Part shown: one piece after another, positions 1-8,372 of the stretch
Numbering within the stretch: position 1 is the first letter of the stretch
How the letters are laid out: each line of letters starts with the position of its first letter
Virus record (IMG/VR): IMGVR_UViG_3300037193_001436
Span: 32,001 to 96,000 of that record
Strand: one strand, 5' to 3'
Origin: a virus
Length of the DNA stretch: 64,000 nucleotides
Translations under genes and position numbers: made by a program
Notes under the pieces: model-generated
Databases searched by the model: none
Seen by the model: only the letters and a program-made list of their open reading frames with translations
What the model was told of the DNA's origin: nothing

Positions 1-1
1 C

Positions 2-397
2 GATCTTGGTCGGCCCGTTGGTCATGAACGACTTGGCCAGCGGGATCGAGTTGCTCAGGGCCAGCGCCTGGTCGGCCGAGGTCTTGGCGGCGTCCGCCGT
101 GGTCTTGGCCGTGTTGCTGGTGGCGATGGTCTTGTTGATGTTGGCCCGGAAGTCCGAGCCCATCTTCGACCACGGCAGGGTGTTGTCGAGGACGTCCCAG
201 CCACCGATGGACTTGTCCTTGATCTTCCAGGTGTCGACCGCCCCGGTCTGGATCTGCACGTTGCCGACCGAGTTCTTCGGCAGCGGCAGCGGAGCGTACG
301 CCGTCGGGGCGGCGACAGCGCCACCGCTGAGGCTGACCGCCGTCGCGAGCGCCGCGACCCCCAGAACGGACAGGCGTGCGATGTTCTTGACCTGCAT
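2..397 (-). CDS. secreted protein, truncated at window edge
   Basis: Translated by hand: MQVKNIARLSVLGVAALATAVSLSGGAVAAPTAYA..., a Sec signal peptide; GAGGAGG RBS upstream; no stop before position 1. Confidence 0.75.
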   Translation of the reverse strand, partial: MQVKNIARLSVLGVAALATAVSLSGGAVAAPTAYAPLPLPKNSVGNVQIQTGAVDTWKIKDKSIGGWDVLDNTLPWSKMGSDFRANINKTIATSNTAKTTADAAKTSADQALALSNSIPLAKSFMTNGPTKI

Positions 398-440
398 GGT
401 GTTTCCCCTCCTCGTGTCCGGCCACCTTAGGACCGGATCG

Positions 441-498
441 TGGAGCGCCGGGGATCGAACCCGGATGTTGCCCCAGGCAACCGCCTTGGCAACGCCCC
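441..498 (-). ncRNA. 58-nt mini tRNA-like element
   Basis: GGGGCG/CGCTCC-A acceptor with G3.U70, T arm CCGGG-TTCGATC-CCCGG, two small hairpins in place of D and anticodon arms. Confidence 0.6.
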
Positions 499-506
499 TC
501 CTGCTG

Positions 507-1094
507 CTAGTTCGTCCAGAGCTGCGAGCTGTACTCGAAGCCGGGCGCGAACTCGAACACGATGTCCTTGGGGTTCGCGACCCCGAACGCGACCTTGAAC
601 TTGGTCTGCCGACCGTTGAGGACCTTCGTGTCCGGCGAACCGTTGAACCCGTTCGCCGAGTCGAAGATCTCCTCGCCCTCGACGTCACCACTCTGGACGT
701 TGGCGGTGGTCATCGAGGGGTCGAAGGTCTTGCCGGTCTTGTTCACGATGACGACCGTGAACTGGACGGCGTACTTGAACTTGTCGCCGCCGAAGCCGCT
801 GTCGGTGGACTTGTACGCCTTCGGTGCCGACACCGTGGCTGACAGCCCGTTCTCCCAGGTGAACGCCTTGCCGAACTTCAGCGTGACGTCCTCGGGCGTG
901 GGCTCCTCGGTCGGCGTCTCCGTCGCGGGGTCCTCAGCGGGTGCGCTGGTGGCCGTGGTCGACGGGAGCGCGTTGGTCCCCGTCGGCTGCGAGGTGGCCG
1001 CCTCCCCGGTCATACCCGCGCCGCAGGCGGCCAGGCTGACGATGGCGGCACCGGCCGCGAGGGCCAGGGTGATCTTGCGGAACTGCTGAGACAT
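507..1094 (-). CDS. lipoprotein with Thr/Pro linker and Ig-like (DUF4352/Mpt63-like) domain
   Basis: Lipobox LAAC, low-complexity linker, beta-rich C-terminal domain. Confidence 0.8.
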   Translation of the reverse strand: MSQQFRKITLALAAGAAIVSLAACGAGMTGEAATSQPTGTNALPSTTATSAPAEDPATETPTEEPTPEDVTLKFGKAFTWENGLSATVSAPKAYKSTDSGFGGDKFKYAVQFTVVIVNKTGKTFDPSMTTANVQSGDVEGEEIFDSANGFNGSPDTKVLNGRQTKFKVAFGVANPKDIVFEFAPGFEYSSQLWTN

Positions 1095-1194
1095 GTGGTG
1101 TCTCCCCCTCCTGTGGTGGTGATGGTCCGGCCCCTCCCCGGACTAGACCGGGGAGAGGCTACCGGGTTCCCTATCGGTTTGGGAATACGGAGTG

Positions 1195-1446
1195 TTACAT
1201 CGGTGCCGAAAGCAGTTTCGTAGCCTGCTCCAGGGCCGGGTAGACCTCGGCAACCTGCCAGACGCGCTTGAGCGCGCCGTCGACCACCTTCTCGACCAGC
1301 TCCTCGACCTGGACCTTGATCCCGTCGACCAGCCAGACGCGGTAGTCATCCCCCGCGACCTTCAGCTCCATCCCGTCGTCGCCGTAGTGGAGCGTCTTGC
1401 CGTTCTCCAGCTCGTCGAGTCGCCAGACGTAGACCGGGCGTGGCAT
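1195..1446 (-). CDS. hypothetical protein
   Basis: AGGAGGT RBS, high GC3 codon usage. Confidence 0.75.
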   Translation of the reverse strand: MPRPVYVWRLDELENGKTLHYGDDGMELKVAGDDYRVWLVDGIKVQVEELVEKVVDGALKRVWQVAEVYPALEQATKLLSAPM

Positions 1447-1553
1447 GATGTTGTTACACCTCCTTCCCTTGCCCTAGGCAACGGATTGGTTGGTGGGTGG
1501 GGGCCCAGCCAGACCCTCCCAAGGTTCACCGGCTGGGTCCCCAGTCTTTGGAC

Positions 1554-1847
1554 TCAGTCCCGATCGAGCAGCCGGTTCTGGGACTCGCGGGCCGTCGTGG
1601 CCGTCGCTGCCAGCATGTGCTGGAGCCAGCCGATCTGCGCCCAGACGATCGCGGTGACGATCGCCCCGCCTAGGAGCGTGAGGATGAAGTACAGGGTGGC
1701 GCGACCATCGGTACCGTCGGCCTGTCCGGTCGCCACGGCCAGTGAGAACGCTGCGATCACGGTGCCGACGATGGTGAGCACCATCGCCAGGACCTTGACC
1801 ATGTGGAGCGCCCGGACCAGTCGCACGGCGGCGTCGTAGTTGAACAA
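1554..1847 (-). CDS. two-TM membrane protein
   Basis: Two hydrophobic segments; AAGGAGG RBS. Confidence 0.75.
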   Translation of the reverse strand: MFNYDAAVRLVRALHMVKVLAMVLTIVGTVIAAFSLAVATGQADGTDGRATLYFILTLLGGAIVTAIVWAQIGWLQHMLAATATTARESQNRLLDRD

Positions 1848-1870
1848 GGTGTTCCCCTCCTTATCGAGTC

Positions 1871-1912
1871 GGCTGAGCTGCCGAGGTCCGGCCCACGGGC
1901 CGGGGAGACTGC
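1871..1912. repeat. 42-bp intergenic direct repeat, copy 1, with hairpin
   Basis: 40/42 identical to 2203-2244. Confidence 0.9.
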
Positions 1913-2169
1913 TACTCAGACGCGGGCTGGATCAGGGCGAACAGGCGGCCGACCGAGGCCAGGTCGTTCTTGATCTGGGTCAGCTCGCGGCCCTTCTCGG
2001 TGGCGCTGTCGGCCGCGTTGGCGACCACGGTGGAGTACGACTCCAACCACTGCAGCAGTGACACGCCATTGTCGATGTGACGGGTGCTGTGCACCAGGCC
2101 GCTGTAGCGGAGACCTGACAGCGCGGCGCGGATCTTGGTGGCCTGGTCCTCGGTGATGTAGATGTCCAT
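1912..2169 (-). CDS. hypothetical protein
   Basis: AAGGAG RBS; flanked by the 42-bp repeats. Confidence 0.7.
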   Translation of the reverse strand: MDIYITEDQATKIRAALSGLRYSGLVHSTRHIDNGVSLLQWLESYSTVVANAADSATEKGRELTQIKNDLASVGRLFALIQPASE

Positions 2170-2202
2170 GAGGTAGTGCTCCTTCTGGGTTGTGGTGGAT
2201 TT

Positions 2203-2244
2203 GGCTGAGCTGCCGAGGTCCGGCCCGTGGGCCGGGGAGACTGC
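2203..2244. repeat. 42-bp intergenic direct repeat, copy 2
   Basis: GGCTGAGCTGCCGAGGTCCGGCCC-GT-GGGCCGGGGAGACTGC. Confidence 0.9.
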
Positions 2245-2247
2245 GGC

Positions 2248-2955
2248 TCAGGCGGCCTTGTGCTTCCGCATCCTGCCGAGCGAGCTGATGGCGATGGCCT
2301 GCTCGCAGTGGCTGCAGACCCCGTAGTTGCCGGAGGCGTAGCCGCGCCGGGCGGTCTCGCGGGGGTAGTCCATCGTGCCGGAGCCGGGACACAGGCCCTC
2401 CTCGACCGGCTTCTGGGTGCGAGCAACCGGGGCGTCGGGGAAGCAGACGGTGCACAGGATCTCGGAAGAGCCCCGCTTGTCCCAGTAGGCGATCGCCTCG
2501 GCCATCGTCATGCCGGAGACTTCCGGCATCCAGCCGTACTGGGTGCGGGGGTTGCAGGTGGAGCAGTGCATCGACGAGTGGATGTGGCCGTCGCTGCTGG
2601 TGACAAGGAAGAACCGGCTCCAGCCCCGCAGGTCGTGCTCGGCCTCCAGCGGCTCGGCGGCGCGCTTGGCCTCCAAGACCGCCTCGCGCATCTTGTCCAG
2701 GGTGTCCAGGATCCGCTGCGCTGCCCGAGCCTCGTAGGAGTCGGTCGCGGCGAACTGACGCGCCTTGATCTCGGCGTCCACGAAGTCCAGCTCATACACC
2801 CGGTGGTTCCGACTGACCTGACGGCCCGGGTCCCCGGCGTACCGGTGGATGTCACCGGCCAGCCGCTGGATGCGGTCCTCGGCGGCGAGCTGCTTGCCGT
2901 ACAGCTCGGCGAGCTTGGTGTCGATCTCGACGGGGGTGGCGGTCTTGCGATCCAT
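2248..2955 (-). CDS. Cys/His zinc-binding phage protein
   Basis: GHIHSSMHCSTC, LCTVCFP and CSHC motifs; AAGGAG RBS before ATG 2955. Confidence 0.75.
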   Translation of the reverse strand: MDRKTATPVEIDTKLAELYGKQLAAEDRIQRLAGDIHRYAGDPGRQVSRNHRVYELDFVDAEIKARQFAATDSYEARAAQRILDTLDKMREAVLEAKRAAEPLEAEHDLRGWSRFFLVTSSDGHIHSSMHCSTCNPRTQYGWMPEVSGMTMAEAIAYWDKRGSSEILCTVCFPDAPVARTQKPVEEGLCPGSGTMDYPRETARRGYASGNYGVCSHCEQAIAISSLGRMRKHKAA

Positions 2956-2990
2956 CGTGACTCCTTGGTGCGCGTGGTGGGTACCCAGCA

Positions 2991-3020
2991 AGTATGAGGG
3001 ACCTGCGAGCCATGTGTCAA
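2991..3020 (-). promoter_or_regulatory. SigA-type promoter TTGACA-N18-CATACT, inside an 11-bp inverted repeat (2996-3039)
   Basis: Direct motif match; similar promoters at 5960-5989 and 9586-9615. Confidence 0.75.
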
Positions 3021-3052
3021 CATGACTGGCAGGTCCCTCGAAGCAGGCGGGT

Positions 3053-3241
3053 TCAGTCGGGGCTGGGCTTCAGGAAATCCGCCAGCGCATTTCGATCCTC
3101 GGGACTGAAGATGACCACGGAGACTCCGGCAGGACCCTTGACCCTCATGGTCATGCCGCCACTCTCCAGCAGCAGGAACGTCGTCACACGCTTGTTGAGC
3201 GACTGGTGGACCAGCAGGTCTTTCTGGAGGTCGACGCTCAT
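3053..3241 (-). CDS. hypothetical protein
   Basis: ATGA overlap with upstream gene. Confidence 0.65.
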   Translation of the reverse strand: MSVDLQKDLLVHQSLNKRVTTFLLLESGGMTMRVKGPAGVSVVIFSPEDRNALADFLKPSPD

Positions 3242-4026
3242 CGGTTCTCCTTGCGCGCCTGGAGGTCGACGCCGTAGCTCTTCAGCATCTCCTCGAACGA
3301 CTTGGCTTCGGCGATCCGCTGCTCAACGTCGAAGTCACGGACCATCGACTCGTTCTCCTCATCGATCCAGGTCGGGGGGCCGTACGGGAACGAGTTCAGG
3401 AACTCGACGAACTGGTCATCGCACCACGGCGGAACCCACGCGCCGGACCGGCACACGAAGACGAGGTCGTAGCTGATGTCGACCGGCTTGCCGTCATCGA
3501 TGCGCCGGTCGACGGGGATCACCGGCTGGGGGTCAACGGTGAGCGCTTCGGTGAACCACTGCGGGTAGTGCACGTGCAGCTCGGAGCAGCCTCGCCGGTA
3601 GTGCTCGATCATCCAGTCCTCGCAGGAGAGCGTGCCGCGCCGCTGCCACTCGCCCAGACTGCCGATGTTGTAGCCGCTGTCGTGGTGCGCGTCGTACAGG
3701 TCGACTCGCGCCCAGTGGTCCCCGTCGAGGCCGATCGTCGAGGGCTGCAGCAGCCCGGCGTATAGGTTGCTGTCGGCAACTAGCAAGGATGGCCACTCCT
3801 GAAGGTCGAAGCGCGTCCAGAAGTTCTCGAAGCCGCTCGCACGGGGCAGTGGGAGACCGTTGAGGACGAACGGCTGGACCCGGTCGCGCCAGATGTCGTT
3901 GACGTGGAACTGGGACTCACGGTGGCCCCAGTCGTACAGGAAGATGTCCTCTCGCCCGACGCCGTTGTGCATCGGGTTGGGGAAGAAGTAGTCCCAGTCC
4001 ACGACCAGGAAATTGAGTCCGGTCAT
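3238..4026 (-). CDS. arginase/UPF0489-like metallohydrolase fold protein
   Basis: VDWDYFF and YDAHHD metal-binding motifs; CRSGAWVPPW motif. Confidence 0.55.
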   Translation of the reverse strand: MTGLNFLVVDWDYFFPNPMHNGVGREDIFLYDWGHRESQFHVNDIWRDRVQPFVLNGLPLPRASGFENFWTRFDLQEWPSLLVADSNLYAGLLQPSTIGLDGDHWARVDLYDAHHDSGYNIGSLGEWQRRGTLSCEDWMIEHYRRGCSELHVHYPQWFTEALTVDPQPVIPVDRRIDDGKPVDISYDLVFVCRSGAWVPPWCDDQFVEFLNSFPYGPPTWIDEENESMVRDFDVEQRIAEAKSFEEMLKSYGVDLQARKENR

Positions 4027-4037
4027 CGTGCCTCTCC

Positions 4038-4775
4038 TCAGGTGGTAACGAGGGCCAGCGTAGCCCCGGAGTTGTTATTCTGGGCCTGCTTGGCCTGCTC
4101 CTCGGCGATCCAGCGCTTGCGCCAGGTCCGGCCCATCTTGTCGTCAGCTCCGGCCGCACGGGCCAGCTCAGCGCCGGACGGCATCCGCCCCTCGGCCCGA
4201 GCTGCGTCCCAGCAGGCCCGCGCGTGCGGCTCCTTGACCGCAGGCCGACCCCGGCGCTTCGGCGAGTCATCGACAACGTGGACCGGCTCGGGCTCCGGCT
4301 CAACCGGCGCGGTCTCGACAACCACCGGCTCCGGCTCGGGCTCGATGCTCTCGGCAACGATGTCCTGGACGACGACCGGCTCGGGCTGCTGCAGGGTGGC
4401 CAGCGTGGCCAGGTGGCCGACAGCGCCGAGGGCGATCGGCGGGATCGAGCCGACGATGATCGCCAGCACGACCCGGATGACCGAGGCGTTGTGCATGCTC
4501 ACGATGTGGCCGACGGCGTTGCCGACCACGGACGCGACCAGCGCGGCCACAGAGACACCCCGGGCGTAGCGCCGGGCGTGCGCGTCGGCGAAGTCCGACA
4601 GCCAGACCCGGCCGGACACGATCGCCAGCACGTCGAGGCAGACCGGGAACATCCAGGCCGTCTTGCCGTGCCAGCCGACCCACACGGCCAGGCTGATCAG
4701 GGTGCTGAAGCTGGCCGCGATCGCGACCCCGCCGACGATGGCGAGGCCGACCAGGACCCACGGGTCGCGCTTCAC
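4038..4775 (-). CDS. DUF2637/SpdA-like four-TM protein with C-terminal HTH-like tail
   Basis: ASFSTL..LA..G...AWMFPVCLD and SVVGNAVGH pattern; PE-rich linker; GTGA overlap. Confidence 0.7.
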   Translation of the reverse strand: MKRDPWVLVGLAIVGGVAIAASFSTLISLAVWVGWHGKTAWMFPVCLDVLAIVSGRVWLSDFADAHARRYARGVSVAALVASVVGNAVGHIVSMHNASVIRVVLAIIVGSIPPIALGAVGHLATLATLQQPEPVVVQDIVAESIEPEPEPVVVETAPVEPEPEPVHVVDDSPKRRGRPAVKEPHARACWDAARAEGRMPSGAELARAAGADDKMGRTWRKRWIAEEQAKQAQNNNSGATLALVTT

Positions 4776-5296
4776 GACAGGACCTCCTTCAGGGCGGTCA
4801 GGATCTGGGTGCGCGTGGGGAGCACCGGCCACGGACCTTCCGGCCTGCTCGTGACCGAGTAGTCGGTGTGGCGGAGCAGGGCCTGCCACAGGGTCGTGAC
4901 GCGCGGCTCGCTGGTCAGGATGATCGAGTAGGAGCTGTCCCAGCTCGATTCGGACGGCTGGTCGACGACGGCGAAGATCCGGGCGCGGGCGTCGGAGCCG
5001 AGCTTGCCGAAGAGGCTGGACCCGTTGTCGAGGTGCATCATCAGCTCCAGCGACTCCTCGGTGCCGAGGACCGGGGACGTGATGCTCAGGATCTGCCAGT
5101 CCTCCAGGACGACGGTGATCTCGTCCTCCTCGCCCAGCATGAGGGCCTGGAGGAGATCGGCCACGATGCGGGTGTCTCCGGCCCAGACGACCTGGCGGCC
5201 GTCGTCAGTGGTGCCGGTCATCCGGACGACGCTACCGTCCTGGATCGCCGATCCGGCGTCGCCCAGGTCGACGGTGATGGTCAGGTGGTCGTCCAT
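4772..5296 (-). CDS. hypothetical protein
   Basis: TGATG coupling, codon usage. Confidence 0.7.
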   Translation of the reverse strand: MDDHLTITVDLGDAGSAIQDGSVVRMTGTTDDGRQVVWAGDTRIVADLLQALMLGEEDEITVVLEDWQILSITSPVLGTEESLELMMHLDNGSSLFGKLGSDARARIFAVVDQPSESSWDSSYSIILTSEPRVTTLWQALLRHTDYSVTSRPEGPWPVLPTRTQILTALKEVLS

Positions 5297-5601
5297 CAGG
5301 ACCTCCCCAGAATGTTGGAGATGGCTCGGGCCACGCGGCTGTCGTCGATCGGCGCGGTGTCCTCGGGCCAGAGCTTGAGGATCAGCTTGCCGGTCGACAG
5401 GTCGAACACGTAGGACAGGTACTTCGGCATCTCTCGGTGGATCCGGCGCAGCTCGGCGCTGATGACCTTGACGTCGTCGGTCCGCTTGGTGACCTGCAGC
5501 TTGCGCTTGACCGGGTTCGGAACTGCGACGGCGTACCGCTTGTTCGCGGCGCAGCGGACCTTCAGCCCGTCGGCGCTCAGCGTCTTGGCGTTGCGAGACA
5601 T
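5296..5601 (-). CDS. basic hypothetical protein
   Basis: AGGAG RBS. Confidence 0.7.
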   Translation of the reverse strand: MSRNAKTLSADGLKVRCAANKRYAVAVPNPVKRKLQVTKRTDDVKVISAELRRIHREMPKYLSYVFDLSTGKLILKLWPEDTAPIDDSRVARAISNILGRS

Positions 5602-5626
5602 GGGTGCTCCTGTGGTGGTTTTGATT

Positions 5627-5929
5627 TCAGGGGACGATCACGGCCCGGGTCTCTTTGGGAAACCCGTCGGCGACGTAGTCCAGCCAGGAGTTGCGGTTAT
5701 TCACCGTGGCGACGTACTGCAGCGTGAGCCGCTGCTGCACCTTCGGGTCGGTGGCGTTCCGCAACAGGTCCTCCAGCACGTCGATCTCCTTGTCGCGCGT
5801 GGCGATCATCGCCTCCGCCCCGGCCGCCCGCTTGCGCGGAAGGCTCGACCGGAACGGCGAGGACTCGACCGGACCGTTGCGGTCCGCCGTCCTGCTGTCC
5901 CGGGGGAAGGTGGCGACTCGACGAGCCAT
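5627..5929 (-). CDS. hypothetical protein
   Basis: AAGGAG RBS; promoter at 5960-5989. Confidence 0.65.
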   Translation of the reverse strand: MARRVATFPRDSRTADRNGPVESSPFRSSLPRKRAAGAEAMIATRDKEIDVLEDLLRNATDPKVQQRLTLQYVATVNNRNSWLDYVADGFPKETRAVIVP

Positions 5930-5959
5930 GATGGCGTCTCCTTGCGTGGTGGAGCCACC

Positions 5960-5989
5960 ATGGAATCACAACTGTGAGTCATGTGTCTA
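5960..5989 (-). promoter_or_regulatory. SigA-like promoter TAGACA-N18-TTCCAT
   Basis: Same architecture as promoters at 2991 and 9586 (GACACAT, N18 spacer, then a short hairpin and CCACCAC). Confidence 0.55.
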
Positions 5990-6053
5990 CTTGACTCGCG
6001 GGTTAGGTTGAACAACTAACCGCCAGGCTCGATCGCCCTAGCCTGTTGGGCAT

Positions 6054-6201
6054 CGACGATTGGTGTAGTGGCCCGGCACCCCACGCCGGGAGCTGCCTGC
6101 ACATCTCTCGGCGGCGTCCGGACGCTCGGGCCGAGCGAATTACTGCACGTGGTTAGCACGCCGGGGCACCGGTGGGCGGGGTTCGATTCCCTGATCGTCG
6201 A
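6054..6201 (+). ncRNA. 148-nt tRNA-like RNA with expanded anticodon and variable arms
   Basis: Perfect 7-bp acceptor CGACGAT/ATCGTCG, U8, D arm GTGT-AGTGGCCCG-GCAC, T arm CGGGG-TTCGATT-CCCTG. Confidence 0.7.
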
Positions 6202-6215
6202 CTTACACTGCGGAC

Positions 6216-6467
6216 ATGAAGCTCATCGGGATCCCACCGCGTGCGACCCAGGCCCAGCAGGCGCTCAACCGGCTGCACCACGAGGTGATGTACGCCGTCG
6301 AGGGGGGTGAGCTGGCCGGGAACTTGACCGAGCTGGCGGAGGCACTGGCGATCGCCGTGCAGATCGGCCGCCTGATCGACAAGGCCTTGCCCGAGGGACA
6401 TCCCGAGCGAATTCAATTTGAGAACGCACTGAACTTCATGCAGGGCCTACACGAGTATCCCCGCTGA
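6216..6467 (+). CDS. helical hypothetical protein, probably leaderless
   Basis: TACACT -10 box 6 nt before ATG; high GC3. Confidence 0.7.
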   Translation: MKLIGIPPRATQAQQALNRLHHEVMYAVEGGELAGNLTELAEALAIAVQIGRLIDKALPEGHPERIQFENALNFMQGLHEYPR

Positions 6468-6473
6468 AATTCG

Positions 6474-6725
6474 TCAGCGGAACTGGTCGGCGTTCAGGTA
6501 GGAATTCGCCTGGCCGATCTGGGGCCGGGTCGTCGGCCCATTCGACCCCATGCTCGGGATCGGCATCGCTGGGGACTTGACCATCCTCGCCAGCGCCGAT
6601 TCGGCTCCGCCACCGGCAGCACCTTCGGCTGCCGTTCCAGCGGCTGCCCGGCCGAGCATCGATGCTCCAACCCTCATCAGGGCAGCACGCCCTACCGCTG
6701 CGGCGACTGGTGCGAGGAAGGCCAT
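6474..6725 (-). CDS. small Ala/Gly-rich protein, probably leaderless
   Basis: GACAAT 6 nt before ATG; fills the gap between genes. Confidence 0.55.
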   Translation of the reverse strand: MAFLAPVAAAVGRAALMRVGASMLGRAAAGTAAEGAAGGGAESALARMVKSPAMPIPSMGSNGPTTRPQIGQANSYLNADQFR

Positions 6726-6814
6726 GCATCCATTGTCGCGCTCAGCCCGGATCGCTTGTAAGTAACAACTACCGGCCGTGGAAATCGGCCTACCGGTCTC
6801 GGCAGGCTGGATGC

Positions 6815-6970
6815 ATGACCGATGAGGAGTGGATCGAGCGGACGCTGGCCGACGCGCCAGAGCGTCTGTCTGACCGCACCCGCGAGATCATCCTGCGTTG
6901 GCGAACCACACGACCTCAAGCCGCTCCGGATTCCACCGAGCGTTCCGAGATGCAGCCTTCTGCACGATGA
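6815..6970 (+). CDS. candidate recombination directionality factor (phiRv1 Rv1584c-like)
   Basis: EWIERTLADAPERLSDRTREIIL resembles the Rv1584c segment YLIRTLAAAPPLTDEQRTRL as recalled; convergent with and overlapping the integrase 3' end. Confidence 0.55.
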   Translation: MTDEEWIERTLADAPERLSDRTREIILRWRTTRPQAAPDSTERSEMQPSAR

Positions 6971-8372
6971 TGACCTCGATCTCGGACTGCACCAGCTCAC
7001 GCTTCTGGTCGTAGTAGTCGGGGTCGTCCCAGTGCTCCAGCACGTCCTTCATGTGATCGCGGTTGACCGCCGTCGCGTCGTTGCGGGCCCAGGCTTTCCG
7101 CTGCTTGATCAGCACCTCGGACTCCTGCTCGACCTTGCTGATTTCCGGGAAGACCACCGCAGCCGACAGGGCCCCGGACCGGTACGCGGCCATCAGCTCG
7201 GTCTTCTGCTCCTGGAGACGGGCCAGATCCGCTTCGCCCGGCCACGCGGTGGCGATGTGCTGGTCGAACTTCTCATCCGAGCGAGTGAGCCGGGTAAAGA
7301 CCAGCTCGGAGATCAGTTGATCGGTCCGCGTGAGGTGGATGTAGTTGGACCCGCAATTGAACCGCTTGCCGGACCCCGGCGGGCACTTGTAGGAGCTGGT
7401 GTCCTGGCCCTTGTAGTCCGCTCGACCGCCGGACATCTTGCAGGAGCAGACGCAGCGCATCCGGCCGGAGCACAGGTGCTTGCGGCTGAAGTCCAGGTGG
7501 GCGACGGCGGCGGCGTTCCCATCGAGGCGGGCCTGGATCCGCTCCCACTCCTGAGGGGAGCAAAGAGGCGCGTTGCTCTCGACCGGCTTCCCGTTCACCA
7601 TGATCGGGAAGTTCTTGTACCCGCGCCAGCCAGCCAGGCGCGGCATTCTCAGCCAGGCGCGGAGGGCAGCGGTTGTCCAAGGCCCCCCGCTGGTGTGGTT
7701 CACGTTCTCGGCTCGCAGCCACTTGACGATCGTGCCGCCCTTGTGGCCCGCGAGGTACTTCATGATGATCTGCCGCGCGACTGGGCCCTCGACGGGGTGC
7801 AGGTCGACCTTGTTCTTCTCCCAGCCGAACGGCCGGAAGCGACTGCCGACCGGTCTGCCCATCTCGGCCAGCTCCAGGTGCTTACGCCCCACGCGCCGAG
7901 AGGTGTCGTACGAGGACTTGTTGGCCATCGTGACCAGGAGTCGGGCGAACGTCCGGCCGTCGGCCGTGGCCAGGTTGAGGTCGTTGGTGACGGTCGCGAA
8001 TACCAGGTTCTGGTCCGCCTCGTACAGGTCGATCGCGGCCTCCAGCTCCTTCGGCTGGCGGGTGAAGCGGTCGATGTCGTACGCGACGATGCCCTGAATG
8101 ATCCCGGCCTTCAGATCGGCCAGCATCTGCCAGAACTGCTCCCGGAAGACGTTGCGCTTGTAGGCCGACAGATCGTCGTCGACATAGACCTTGTGGACGG
8201 TCCAATTCCGGGCTTTGGCCAGCGCCCGGCCATCCTTCTCCTGGCGCTTGACGCCCGCACTGAACTCGTCCGGGTTGTTCTTGGACTCGTCGTCCTTGTC
8301 CTCGGAGATCCGGGCGTAGACACCAACCAGGATCGGCGGATTCGCCAGCCGCTGCTTCTTCCCCGTGTTCAT
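6888..8372 (-). CDS. int: large serine integrase
   Basis: YARIS catalytic motif, DRFTR, recombinase domain (RPFGW), Zn ribbon (CVCSCKM..YKC..C), coiled coil. Confidence 0.95.
   Translation of the reverse strand: MNTGKKQRLANPPILVGVYARISEDKDDESKNNPDEFSAGVKRQEKDGRALAKARNWTVHKVYVDDDLSAYKRNVFREQFWQMLADLKAGIIQGIVAYDIDRFTRQPKELEAAIDLYEADQNLVFATVTNDLNLATADGRTFARLLVTMANKSSYDTSRRVGRKHLELAEMGRPVGSRFRPFGWEKNKVDLHPVEGPVARQIIMKYLAGHKGGTIVKWLRAENVNHTSGGPWTTAALRAWLRMPRLAGWRGYKNFPIMVNGKPVESNAPLCSPQEWERIQARLDGNAAAVAHLDFSRKHLCSGRMRCVCSCKMSGGRADYKGQDTSSYKCPPGSGKRFNCGSNYIHLTRTDQLISELVFTRLTRSDEKFDQHIATAWPGEADLARLQEQKTELMAAYRSGALSAAVVFPEISKVEQESEVLIKQRKAWARNDATAVNRDHMKDVLEHWDDPDYYDQKRELVQSEIEVIIVQKAASRNARWNPERLEVVWFANAG

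Noticed and set aside
6148-6160. CGTGGTTAG resembling the start of a pistol ribozyme
   Set aside because: The rest of the pistol core is absent, and the segment is explained by the tRNA-like stem
6054-6201. tmRNA or canonical tRNA call
   Set aside because: No G3.U70, no tag ORF, a D stem is present, and no 7-nt anticodon loop can be assigned
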